64,000 bases of DNA from Candidatus Fermentibacteraceae bacterium (GTDB taxonomy: Bacteria > Fermentibacterota > Fermentibacteria > Fermentibacterales > JCC-6), in the NCBI GenBank assembly GCA_041750285.1, contig JBGSZS010000018.1, positions 288,001-352,000 on the forward strand, written 5' to 3'. Position numbers and translations under genes: made by a program. The notes under the pieces are model-generated. The model searched no databases. It had not been told where the DNA came from and worked only from the letters and a program-made list of their open reading frames with translations. Below are positions 27,925 to 37,220 of the stretch, piece by piece (the first letter of the stretch is position 1; every line of letters begins with the position of its first letter).

Positions 27925-28383
27925 TCAGATCCCGGAACCGGGGGTCGAGATGAAAACGGGGGTCACCAAGGCCCTTTCGATGACAGCCATGCACGAAGGG
28001 TAGACAAACCCTCCCAGTGTGGAGTACCCGCAATCCTCAGGGCCGCTGGCACTGTAGTGCACATACAGCACGTCCTCGAGCACGAACAGGGAATCGATGC
28101 ATATGGACCGGTTGTTTCCGGCCCCGACGTCGGCCGTTTTCCCAAGCCCGACAATCACGAGCATCCGGGTTTCGAAGTCGACGAACGCAGGAAGGACTGG
28201 TGGGTACTCGAGCATTCCGATCCCGGATGGAATGGTTAGGTGTTCGAAAAGACCGGCCCATTCGGCATGGCTTCCAACGACTGCCTGAACGGGCTCTTCG
28301 ACCTGAAAAGCTGTCCCGAGTATCGTGAACGGTACTTCGACACCCTTGAAGGACATGAGAATCAGCATCGGAAAAACACTCAT
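27925..28383 (-). CDS. Hypothetical protein with a PrcB C-terminal-like domain
   Basis: VDFETRMLVIVGLG....SICIDSL......V.Y; GGAGG SD. Confidence 0.55.
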   Translation of the reverse strand: MSVFPMLILMSFKGVEVPFTILGTAFQVEEPVQAVVGSHAEWAGLFEHLTIPSGIGMLEYPPVLPAFVDFETRMLVIVGLGKTADVGAGNNRSICIDSLFVLEDVLYVHYSASGPEDCGYSTLGGFVYPSCMAVIERALVTPVFISTPGSGI

Positions 28384-28498
28384 GACAACCCTCCGGAACA
28401 GCGACGATTGGCTGTGAAAAGCATCACCTGTATATAATGACCCCGATGGAGCTTCCGAGCAATCGTATCTCCCTGTCAGACGGGGGTCACTTGCCGCA

Positions 28499-29767
28499 AT
28501 GAGATGCCCGACAGTCGACAGCCTGTTTCTGCGGGCGAACGGCAGGTTTGTCTGCTGGGACGATGCTGGAAGCGACAAGGTTCTGTATCACCCATCGGAA
28601 CACTCCGACATGTCCGGTGTCTACGAGCCAGGAGGCCCGTGTGCCCGGGCTGCGAAAGCCCTTCGTGCCCGCGTGCTGCCCGATTCGCTGACATGCCCTG
28701 GTTGCGTATGCCTGTCAATGACCGGTAACCCTGTTTTCAACCCTGAAGTGGTCAGCGTGATGCAGGTGGAACCTTCCGCCCTTTGTACGCTCAGGTGCCT
28801 TGCGTGCGCCTCTTCCGAAGAAAGAGAGGCACTTGAACCGCCCCACCTTCTCTCACCCGGGCTTTTCGCACGAACTTTGAACGACTTCACCGGGGCAGGG
28901 ATCAGGATACTGACCTTCGACTTTTCCGGTCATGGGGAGCCGACTCTCAACCCCGATCTTCCCGAATTGATCCGCGTTGCCAGACGCAGCTATCCTGAAG
29001 CCTTGATAATACTCGGTACGAATGGCCAGACTCGGTACTCGTCGGAGTTGGTCCGCTCGGGGATTGACCAGTTGCATGTCGCGCTGGACGGCATAGACCA
29101 ATGCAGTTACGGCCGTTACAGGGTGGGGGGCAGCTTCAGCGATGCGCTGAGCTTCCTGAAGTCCGCAGCGTCAGATGCTTCCGCAGCCCGTGTGATCTGG
29201 AGGTACATCCTCTTCAGTCACAACTCCGATTTCGGACACATCGCGCTGGCGTGGGAAATGGCATGCGACACGGGAGTCGACGAGCTTCGTTTCATTATCA
29301 CCCGAAGGGGCGAATGGAGCACCTCCATCGAAACCGTTGCCGATCTGTCGAACGCCCTGAAAAGGGCGGGGGTGCCCGAAACCTGCCTCAGGCTCGAATC
29401 ACGTGAAACCATGGATCGAAGGAACAGGCTGAAAAATCGAATAAGGCGTTTCGAGCCATTCTACAGGCTCGCCTCCCGGACGTACCGTTCCTTCAGGTTC
29501 GGTCCACCTGGAAACGGCATGCCATCAGTCGGCATTGACTATTGCATGATCGGTGAGCACCAGCTGAAGCTGGCTCTTTCCGAGTCACGCCGTCATCTTC
29601 GAGCCGGAAGGAACAACGAGGCACGGTCCCTGCTCAGACATGTGGAGGAGATCGTGGAAAAGCCCCGCCAAAGGAATCCGGCATACTCACCGGAGAAGGT
29701 GCTCGCGTTCCTTGGTGAGTCATTATTCTCCCTGCGTGCATCAGTCCGGAAAACCCCGTGTCCCTGA
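28499..29767 (+). CDS. Radical SAM protein with an N-terminal SPASM/twitch-like segment
   Basis: EPSALCTLRCLAC, GHGEPTLN, TNG, ALDG....Y..YRVGG, WRYILFSHN. Confidence 0.85.
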   Translation: MRCPTVDSLFLRANGRFVCWDDAGSDKVLYHPSEHSDMSGVYEPGGPCARAAKALRARVLPDSLTCPGCVCLSMTGNPVFNPEVVSVMQVEPSALCTLRCLACASSEEREALEPPHLLSPGLFARTLNDFTGAGIRILTFDFSGHGEPTLNPDLPELIRVARRSYPEALIILGTNGQTRYSSELVRSGIDQLHVALDGIDQCSYGRYRVGGSFSDALSFLKSAASDASAARVIWRYILFSHNSDFGHIALAWEMACDTGVDELRFIITRRGEWSTSIETVADLSNALKRAGVPETCLRLESRETMDRRNRLKNRIRRFEPFYRLASRTYRSFRFGPPGNGMPSVGIDYCMIGEHQLKLALSESRRHLRAGRNNEARSLLRHVEEIVEKPRQRNPAYSPEKVLAFLGESLFSLRASVRKTPCP

Positions 29768-30621
29768 GGGGTCTGCTTGCGCAAACAGGCCTCCTGAGGC
29801 CATCTAGGGCACTTTTCAGGGCTTCTCTCGGGTGCCTGAAAACACTGGTCTGGAAAGCTTCAGGACAGTCTGCCGATCATGATGGTCAGCCGTGCCCTCC
29901 CCCCCATCTATGTTTCAGGTCCGCAGCGTGTTACGACACCCGGCACTTCCTCTCAACAGGTGCCAGAGGCGCGGCATGCATAATCTCCCTTCTTGAAAAG
30001 GCCGGAAGGCCGCTCGAAAACATTGTCTGTCTTGACTTTGGCTGCGGGGCGGGGAGACTGGCCCGATACCTGCTTCACCAGAGGGGTCTAGAACTCCACG
30101 GAACGGATGTTGACGCTGCAGCTTCAGGATGGTGCCGGCAGAACCTGGGTATGGATTGTCGAAGCAATGCGCCCGGAAGTCCTCTTGAGTATGAGGATGG
30201 CACTTTTGACATGGTTCTGGCGATAGCCGTCTTCCCGCACATGAACCTGAAAGACCAGGGCTTCTACCTTGGTGAGTTGAAAAGGGTGCTGAAACCCGGA
30301 GGAACGCTTCTTCTCACCCTGAAAGGCCATCACCGCCGAAGCGAGCTTTCCCTCGAGGAGCGGGAAATGTTCGATTCGGGCCGGCCGGTCGTGAGGGAGC
30401 CTCTTTACTCAACGCAAAGGTACTGCCTTGCATATCATCCCCGAGAGTTCGCGGCGGGGATCATGGCCCCAGGGTTCGACCTTCTCCTTCACGTACCCAT
30501 GGGCTCCGAGGATACAGGGCAGGACGCGTACATCTTTGAAAGGCAAACGTGCGCCGGAATTCCGAAGGGACATGTCGGAGACATTTTCAGACAGGGTCAC
30601 GCCCGGTCCGTGGATACCTGA
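29758..30621 (+). CDS. Class I SAM-dependent methyltransferase
   Basis: LDFGCGAGR, GTDVD, FDMV, ELKRVLKPGG. Confidence 0.9.
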   Translation: MSLRGLLAQTGLLRPSRALFRASLGCLKTLVWKASGQSADHDGQPCPPPHLCFRSAACYDTRHFLSTGARGAACIISLLEKAGRPLENIVCLDFGCGAGRLARYLLHQRGLELHGTDVDAAASGWCRQNLGMDCRSNAPGSPLEYEDGTFDMVLAIAVFPHMNLKDQGFYLGELKRVLKPGGTLLLTLKGHHRRSELSLEEREMFDSGRPVVREPLYSTQRYCLAYHPREFAAGIMAPGFDLLLHVPMGSEDTGQDAYIFERQTCAGIPKGHVGDIFRQGHARSVDT

Positions 30622-30655
30622 AGCATGTGTGAGGGGGAAGGGGTCACGAATGCGA

Positions 30656-31585
30656 TCAGCCCGGGAAAAGCCTTTCAGGCCTCATTTCGGGCCGCCTCAG
30701 GATGCCGTGAAGCACTCCCAGCCACATCCAGTATACGAGTCTGCCATTTCTCCTGAGGGGATACATGACCGTTTTCAGCAGGGTTATCCCGAAATAGTAG
30801 AAAAGAAAAGCAAGAAACACCGGCGGCTTCAGATGCCTCAGGGCCACTATGTAACGGTTCCTGTGGGTGAAGTAGATGGCGAATGGTGAAAAAACCCCTC
30901 CCACGCTGATCGAGACGTGGTGACGTACTATCGAGCCTGGAACAAGGTGGGTGGTGAACCCGAGATTCCTGATCTTGAAGGTAAGATCGACGTCGTCGTA
31001 GTAGATGAAGAGATCGGTATCCTGCATGCCCGCATCCCTGTAGGTGTTCCACCTCATCATCATCGCGCACCCGGTTGCCTGGTCGACTTCGAAGGGCTGC
31101 CCGGGCAGTTCCGGGACGAACCTGTACAGGGGTTTCAGGTTCATCCTCCACTTGATGAACACACCCCCCGCGTTCCAGAGCATGTCCGGCCTCGAAGCGT
31201 ACGTTATCGCGGGAACGGTGATCCCGGTTCCGGGATTCTTTTCAAGAAAGTCGGCGAGAAGGAAAAGTGTGTCGGGAGCGACCTCGGTGTCGTTGTTGAG
31301 GATGATCACATACTCAAGATCACGGCCGGCAAGCATTTCGTAGGATCTGTTGTTGCCGGCGGTAAAACCCAGATTTCCCGGATTCCTGTGGAAGACCACC
31401 TCCGGGATCTCGCCGACCCATGGGGGTACGGGGCCGGGAGTGTTGTTGTCCACCAGACCGATGACAACCCGGACACCCTCGGATCGCAGCACTGACCGGA
31501 CACACTTCTCCGTCAATTCCCACTGACGGAAGTTGACCATGAGTATGCCGATCCTGTACGGGCCGTCATCCCGGGGCTGAACCAT
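30656..31585 (-). CDS. Family 2 glycosyltransferase
   Basis: VNF, VDN, NLGFTAGNN, LNNDT, GCAMM, FIYYDDVDL; start probably ATG 31585. Confidence 0.9.
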   Translation of the reverse strand: MVQPRDDGPYRIGILMVNFRQWELTEKCVRSVLRSEGVRVVIGLVDNNTPGPVPPWVGEIPEVVFHRNPGNLGFTAGNNRSYEMLAGRDLEYVIILNNDTEVAPDTLFLLADFLEKNPGTGITVPAITYASRPDMLWNAGGVFIKWRMNLKPLYRFVPELPGQPFEVDQATGCAMMMRWNTYRDAGMQDTDLFIYYDDVDLTFKIRNLGFTTHLVPGSIVRHHVSISVGGVFSPFAIYFTHRNRYIVALRHLKPPVFLAFLFYYFGITLLKTVMYPLRRNGRLVYWMWLGVLHGILRRPEMRPERLFPG

Positions 31586-31827
31586 GCCGCTCCGATACGG
31601 GCTGGGGGAAAAACACTTGCCTGAAGGGTTTGGATAATAGTCCCGGTCAAACGGGAAGTAAAGTGGCCGGCATCGTATCGGGCGCTCCGTCAAAGCTTTC
31701 CACGCTGAAATCGGAACGCCCTCCACTTTAATCTACAGGGTGTAACTTTTTCAATGGAATGAGTGTCCTCTTCTTTTTAAGACATTCGCAAGGGAGTTAT
31801 GGAAAAGCGAACAGAAGGAGGGAGAAA

Positions 31828-32943
31828 ATGAAAAGGTTCCCGGCCATTCCCCTGATCGCGGCCCTGGCGGCTGGATGCGGTGGAACCGCTGAAACGCCTG
31901 CGGATGCTTCAACTGATGTGAGATATCTCGTCGTGGTTGATTCGATCGGAGTGGAGACGGGTGACTCATGCTACACCTTCGGCGGAATAGAGGGTGTGGA
32001 GTACTGCCCGGACGGAAACATCGCGGTTCTCGACTGCGTAAGGGCCGGGCTCATGATCTACTCCCCGGAAGGCGAGTACCTGCGAAGGATAGGGCAACGG
32101 GGCAACGGTCCGGGCGAACTGGGAAACGTGGCATTTCTGGCCATCACCGAGGACGGGCACATTCTGCTGGCGGGAGAGGGAAGCGAGATTCTTGGTCTTC
32201 ACCAGTACGAATACGCCTCCGGGGAGTGGCTGGGGTCCATTCCCTCCATGACCACCCCGCCCACGTGCATCGAAGGGGCCGAGGAAGACTGCCACGTACG
32301 GAAGGACCTTCGGCTGGACGTATCCACGGGAGAACCGATTGTCTTCATGAGCGCCTCGAAGTACCGCTTCGGCTCGGAGGAACCAGTGCACACATACTTC
32401 GAGACCAGTTTCCCCTACGATCCCCAGGACATTGCCGGTCTGGTGGATGCCATATGGTTCGGCATCGACATGGCTTCTGATTTCAATGGAAACACATGGA
32501 TCTCCCATAGGTCGAGCACCGAGGCAGTCGTTGTCCGCTACGGTCCGAACGGCATGGAAGCCGACAGGATCGAGCTCGACCTCGAACCTGTGCCCAGAAC
32601 CCCCGAGGAGCTGGAATCGGAACGGCTGATTTTAACAACAAAAGCCATGATCATGGATTTCGACCAGCTTCCGCCATTGGAGCCCGATCCGTACAAGCCC
32701 TTGATCACAGGGCTTCATGCCGATGGCGAGGGGAATCTCTGGGTCCAACTCGGTGGTCCGGCGGTTCCCGAGTTCAGGGTGTTCTCACCGGAAGGTGATT
32801 TCCTTTACACAGTCCTTCTCCAGAATCCGGCGGCCGATGCCGGCTCCTGGAAGTTCTGTATCGGTGACACGGGCGTGCTGGCATACGCTGATGATCCGAT
32901 GGATGGGTATCAGAAGGTTTACATACTTGAAATGGTTCAATAG
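31828..32943 (+). CDS. Lipoprotein, 6-bladed beta-propeller (NHL-like)
   Basis: Lipobox LAAGC; YSPEGEYLRRIGQRGNGPGEL; DGEGNLWV. Confidence 0.85.
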   Translation: MKRFPAIPLIAALAAGCGGTAETPADASTDVRYLVVVDSIGVETGDSCYTFGGIEGVEYCPDGNIAVLDCVRAGLMIYSPEGEYLRRIGQRGNGPGELGNVAFLAITEDGHILLAGEGSEILGLHQYEYASGEWLGSIPSMTTPPTCIEGAEEDCHVRKDLRLDVSTGEPIVFMSASKYRFGSEEPVHTYFETSFPYDPQDIAGLVDAIWFGIDMASDFNGNTWISHRSSTEAVVVRYGPNGMEADRIELDLEPVPRTPEELESERLILTTKAMIMDFDQLPPLEPDPYKPLITGLHADGEGNLWVQLGGPAVPEFRVFSPEGDFLYTVLLQNPAADAGSWKFCIGDTGVLAYADDPMDGYQKVYILEMVQ

Positions 32944-32950
32944 CCTGCGT

Positions 32951-33898
32951 TCAGAACGTGTTCTCCCGAAGCTTCGCCGCCCTTCTGCCTGAGGCTTCCA
33001 GAAGCACGCCAAGCGTTATCGGCAGGGCAGTGATCAACATCCCGCCAAGCACGGCGTGACCCGAATCCCGGGCTCCAACCATTGCGTCATGGATCACCCC
33101 GGCGATTATCAGCAGCCAGAACACTCCCGAGAGGGTCAGAAGAACCCGACCCATCACCCTTCTGAAACCAGTCCGTCGCGGGGAGGGAGTACTGACGGGT
33201 AAGGGTGTGGGTTTACCGCCCGCACCCCATCTCTGCGCCGACAGGGCACGCCCTTTTTTCAGAAAACGAATGCCGAGTACGAAGTAGAGCACCACCATGG
33301 GAACGACCATGAGCGCCCAGCCAGTGCCTGAAAGAACGAAACTGTCGTAAAGACCGTGGAGCAGCCACGCAAGGAGCAGGGCGGCTGCCAGGTTTGCGTT
33401 CCGGCGGCTGCGCGATCGGGCAAACCTGGCCATCCCCATGTAACGGCCCATCAGAACCCCCGTGAAGGCGTGCCCGGGGATCGCTGTAAGGGCTCTGGCA
33501 ATGCCGACGCCGATGCCGTGCCCAAGAACGTAAAGCACGTTCTCGGCCATGGCGAAACCTATGGATACGGCTGAGGCGTATACGATACCGTCGTTCGGCT
33601 CATTGAAGTTCCTGCTCTTCCAGGCGAAAACCAGGACCACCAGCAGCTTCATCGTTTCCTCGACGGGCGAGATCACAAGGAACGACTGAAGACCCGCTTG
33701 AACAAGACCGTCACCGGCAAAAAGGGAACTCTCCAGAAAAATGCCCTCGATGAGTGCTGCGGGAACGACGGAGAGGATCCCGATGAAAAGCATGCGGGTG
33801 ACAAAGCCCATGGGTTCGGGCTCTATCCTGTCGTACCGCAGGATGTAGATGAGAAACCCGATGGGCGGCGCCAGGGCAAGAAGAGTCAGGAAGACCAT
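32951..33898 (-). CDS. prsW: PrsW family intramembrane glutamic protease
   Basis: D..EPEP, EETMK, FNEPNDGIVY, GFAMAEN, PGHA, HGLYD. Confidence 0.92.
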   Translation of the reverse strand: MVFLTLLALAPPIGFLIYILRYDRIEPEPMGFVTRMLFIGILSVVPAALIEGIFLESSLFAGDGLVQAGLQSFLVISPVEETMKLLVVLVFAWKSRNFNEPNDGIVYASAVSIGFAMAENVLYVLGHGIGVGIARALTAIPGHAFTGVLMGRYMGMARFARSRSRRNANLAAALLLAWLLHGLYDSFVLSGTGWALMVVPMVVLYFVLGIRFLKKGRALSAQRWGAGGKPTPLPVSTPSPRRTGFRRVMGRVLLTLSGVFWLLIIAGVIHDAMVGARDSGHAVLGGMLITALPITLGVLLEASGRRAAKLRENTF

Positions 33899-34002
33899 GC
33901 CAATGCTTTTCCCGTCTGCTCGAAGAAATCAGCCGCATGCTAACAGAGGAAGAACGCGGGGTCAATTGCCCGGACAGGCAGGACCTTGACGGTTGGGAAA
34001 CT

Positions 34003-34021
34003 TACTCTAATATTCAGAGTA
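34003..34021. promoter_or_regulatory. Palindromic operator TACTCT-N7-AGAGTA overlapping the -10 of a TTGACG promoter
   Basis: Perfect 6-bp inverted repeat; a degenerate copy follows over the SD; upstream of a membrane protein + wHTH pair. Confidence 0.65.
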
Positions 34022-34041
34022 CTCTGTGAAAGGAGAGAAAG

Positions 34042-34608
34042 ATGGTACAGGAAACCCTTGAATCGGACATCCGGTATGTGCGTGCACTGGTCGAGAGATC
34101 GGGAAGCGGGTCGTTCCCGAGGTCTGTCTACGTACTGTGGGCGGTCATATGTCTTCTGGGTTTCGGCATGATCGACTTCGCTCCGAACTGGACCGGTCCG
34201 TTCTGGATGGTCGCGGGTCCCGGGGGAGGAATACTCAGCGGCATCCTGGGCCACAGGGCGGGAGTGAGGATGGGGCAGATCGACAGGGGGATCGGCATAC
34301 GCCACGCGCTCCACTGGGGCGGGATGCTTGTGGTGATAATGCTCGCCGTCGTACTGGCCGTGACGGGATTCATCCAGGGAACGGTCCTGAGTCAGGTCAT
34401 TCTTCTTCTTGTCGCACTGGGATGGTGGACCGCGGGAGTGCATTTCGACCGCAACTTCCTGTGGTTCGCTGCCGTGATGGTTTTCGGCTTCATTGGAACC
34501 ATTTTCGACACGAACTACACCTGGACGGTCATCGGGGTCCTTCTGGCCGTCAATCTTGTCGTCGCGGCGCTCCGCAGGAGGAAAGGCGAAGCGGAAAATG
34601 GCCGTTGA
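34042..34608 (+). CDS. Six-TM membrane protein
   Basis: DIRYVR..VERS, VLWAVI, hydrophobic helices; overlaps the regulator start. Confidence 0.8.
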   Translation: MVQETLESDIRYVRALVERSGSGSFPRSVYVLWAVICLLGFGMIDFAPNWTGPFWMVAGPGGGILSGILGHRAGVRMGQIDRGIGIRHALHWGGMLVVIMLAVVLAVTGFIQGTVLSQVILLLVALGWWTAGVHFDRNFLWFAAVMVFGFIGTIFDTNYTWTVIGVLLAVNLVVAALRRRKGEAENGR

Positions 34609-34915
34609 TCGGGACGCAAGGCTCAAAAATGATCTGGAAGCCGTCAGCAGCCTGCTCTCCCACAAGATCCGGCTGGGCATATGCGTACTGCTTTCCAGGA
34701 ACACAGCCCTTTCATTCTCCAGACTGAAGCAGCTTCTCGAGGAAACCGACGGAAGCCTCGGCGCACAGCTCAGAAAACTTGAGGATGAGGGGTTCATCAA
34801 TGTGAACAAGGAGTTCGTACAAAGAAAGCCGGTGAGCTGGTACAGCCTTACCGAAGCCGGCAGGAAAGGGCTACTGAGCCATTTGGAGGCCATGAACCGA
34901 CTGCTTGGCCGCTGA
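34598..34915 (+). CDS. Winged-helix transcriptional regulator (HTH_34 type)
   Basis: RLGI...L, FSRLK.LL..TDGSL..QLRKLEDEGFI...KEF..RKP..WY.LT..GR. Confidence 0.9.
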   Translation: MAVDRDARLKNDLEAVSSLLSHKIRLGICVLLSRNTALSFSRLKQLLEETDGSLGAQLRKLEDEGFINVNKEFVQRKPVSWYSLTEAGRKGLLSHLEAMNRLLGR

Positions 34916-34989
34916 TCCGGCGATATCCTCCCTGGCAGGGATTGTGTATGCTTCCGCAGGCACTCGATCTCACACGGGAGGAACGGCGA

Positions 34990-35850
34990 ATGTCAATGAA
35001 ACCCTTTTATGTTGCCGGTATTCTCTTCCCCTTTCCCCTGGTTTTCGGCGGTCTCGTGCCGCCGGCTACGGGAGTGGCTCCACTCGAGGAAGGCACCCTG
35101 GTCGCCGGACGTGACTACCTTCTGTGGGACGGGACTCCCGGTGTCCTTCGTGCATCGGAGGTCGGATGCGACCGTTTCTTCAGGCCCGTCTCATCTCCAG
35201 ACATGCGAACGGTTGCGGTCTGGGCCGGGTCCGATGCGGTGAACTGCGTTGTGGTTCTTACCTGCTCGGGCTTCGAGGTAATGGGGCCATATGCCGAGGC
35301 AGGTCTTCCATGCTGGGACGGTGCGGGGAACCTCTGGTTCACTGCGGAGGGATCTCTTCTCCGCAATGGTGACACTGTGCGCACGGGGCTTTCAGCTCAC
35401 CACATAAGCATCGATCAGGCAGGCGGCACGGTCGTGTTCACGGACCGGGACGACAGGATACTTGCATTGAACATCGAAACCGGAGCCGTTGACACCGTCT
35501 CCACGGCGTACAGGTTCTACGGCCCCTTCTTCACCCCCGGCGGCGACATCGTTTCCCCCTCGCTCGATGGCGGGATCTGGATGTTCAGGAACTCTGATGC
35601 CCTCTTCGTGGACAACGGGGAACACCCTGCCTGGTGGCGGGAGCGGAACGGGCTCGTCTACATCAGAAGCACCGATGACGGAATGAACCTTACTTCGTCG
35701 GAGATATGGCTCTGGACCGGTGAGAAAGGTGTGGAGCAGCTCACCGACACCCCCTACATCCTTGAGGTGTATCCCTCACCCGCGCCCGGGGGTGTCTACT
35801 ACGTGGACGCCTTCAGCGGGCTTGTTGGGTGTGCCGGGGCTGTCCGGTGA
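34990..35850 (+). CDS. TolB-like beta-propeller exported protein
   Basis: PVSSPD, PFFTPGG, HPAW, QLTDTP..E.YP. Confidence 0.7.
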   Translation: MSMKPFYVAGILFPFPLVFGGLVPPATGVAPLEEGTLVAGRDYLLWDGTPGVLRASEVGCDRFFRPVSSPDMRTVAVWAGSDAVNCVVVLTCSGFEVMGPYAEAGLPCWDGAGNLWFTAEGSLLRNGDTVRTGLSAHHISIDQAGGTVVFTDRDDRILALNIETGAVDTVSTAYRFYGPFFTPGGDIVSPSLDGGIWMFRNSDALFVDNGEHPAWWRERNGLVYIRSTDDGMNLTSSEIWLWTGEKGVEQLTDTPYILEVYPSPAPGGVYYVDAFSGLVGCAGAVR

Positions 35851-37178
35851 AAACCTGCGCATTGCTCCTGCTGCTTGTGTCCCCGGGCGCCAGGGGTTGG
35901 ACTGTATGCCTCGACCCCGGCCACGGGGGGACGGACCCCGGTGCAGGCGGCTTGTACTGCCTTGAAAAGGATGTGAACCTCGAGGTTGCCTTCCTTGCGA
36001 GAAGCTTCCTCGAAGCGGTGCCCGAGTGCGAATGGGTGGGAATGACCCGGACCGGCGACTACACGGTCTCTCTGGCCAACCGCGTGTCGTATGCGAACCA
36101 GAACGGGTTCGACAGGTTCATGTCGGTCCACGAGAACGCCTTCAACACACAGACGCAGGGCACCGAGACCTTCTGCGAGACCCCCGTTCCGGGAAACCAG
36201 GGCTACGACCTCGCATCCAAAGCGCTTGACGGCATACTCTGGGCCCACGGCTACCCCGACCGCGGCGTCAAGGACGGCAGCTGGATCTATGTTATCGCGA
36301 ACACCACCATGCCCGCCATACTCGGGGAGGGATCCTTCATCGACTATGACGGCGCCTGGAACGAATCCTACAGGTATTTCACGAACTGGAACGACCACAA
36401 GGGAAGGCAGGGATGGGCCTACGCCCAGGCCATCTGCCTTCACCTGGGCTCGACTCCACCGCCGTACAGCCCTCAGGGCTTCGTTGTCGACAACCTTTCC
36501 GCCGGTTTCTCGGTCAACCAGGGCAGCCAGTGGAACACCGGCAACTACGGAGCGCCATGGGGACCTGACTACAGATGGAGCACGACATCGAACGGGTCGG
36601 ACTGGGCAAGGTGGACGCCCGACCTTCCGCAGGCGGGCTGGCATGACGTGTCGGTGTGGTACACCGACGGAACGAACCGGGCACCAGATGCGGTTTACAC
36701 GGTGCATCACCAGAACGGGGAAACCCAGTTCACGGTCGACCAGACACAGGACGGCGGACAGTGGAACCTTCTGGGCAGCTTTTTCTTCAACGGGGGAACC
36801 GGCGGCTGGGTGGCACTCAGCGAGGAAGGGACAACTCCCGGCAGGGTTGTCATTGCCGATGCGGTCCGGTTCGAGCCAGGACTTACGGGTATCGAAGACG
36901 GAGGTGAAACCCCCGTTCAGCAGGTGCCTGTGCTCACAGTTTCGCCGAACCCGGGGAAAGCATTCACAGTCAGCGTCGAACTTCCGGACGGGTGTACGGA
37001 GGGCGTGAATGTCTACGACATGATGGGGCGCCTGGTGGAAACACTTTTCACGCCTGACGGTTCACCGGGAGTGCATGTCTTTCACTGGCTCCCCTCAGAA
37101 CTTCCGGCGGGAGTGTACACGCTGTCGGTCATTGCGGGTTCGGACCGTTTCTCGCAGAGGGTGATGCTTCTGCCCTGA
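35847..37178 (+). CDS. N-acetylmuramoyl-L-alanine amidase (Amidase_3) + golvesin/xanthan-lyase-type CBM-like domain + T9SS-type C-terminal domain
   Basis: LDPGHGG, EKDVNL, SVHEN, ILGEG; VDQ...GGQW..LG.F, IADAVRF; VSPNP..VYDMMGRLV..LPAGVY. Confidence 0.9.
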   Translation: MKTCALLLLLVSPGARGWTVCLDPGHGGTDPGAGGLYCLEKDVNLEVAFLARSFLEAVPECEWVGMTRTGDYTVSLANRVSYANQNGFDRFMSVHENAFNTQTQGTETFCETPVPGNQGYDLASKALDGILWAHGYPDRGVKDGSWIYVIANTTMPAILGEGSFIDYDGAWNESYRYFTNWNDHKGRQGWAYAQAICLHLGSTPPPYSPQGFVVDNLSAGFSVNQGSQWNTGNYGAPWGPDYRWSTTSNGSDWARWTPDLPQAGWHDVSVWYTDGTNRAPDAVYTVHHQNGETQFTVDQTQDGGQWNLLGSFFFNGGTGGWVALSEEGTTPGRVVIADAVRFEPGLTGIEDGGETPVQQVPVLTVSPNPGKAFTVSVELPDGCTEGVNVYDMMGRLVETLFTPDGSPGVHVFHWLPSELPAGVYTLSVIAGSDRFSQRVMLLP

Positions 37179-37220
37179 GCCCTGTTGCCTTCGATGTTCA
37201 TGGTCAAGCGGACGACAGCG

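Noticed and set aside
28499..29767. RiPP cluster around the radical SAM/SPASM-like gene
   Set aside because: No precursor peptide, RRE/PqqD, peptidase or exporter adjacent; neighbours point to glycan modification.
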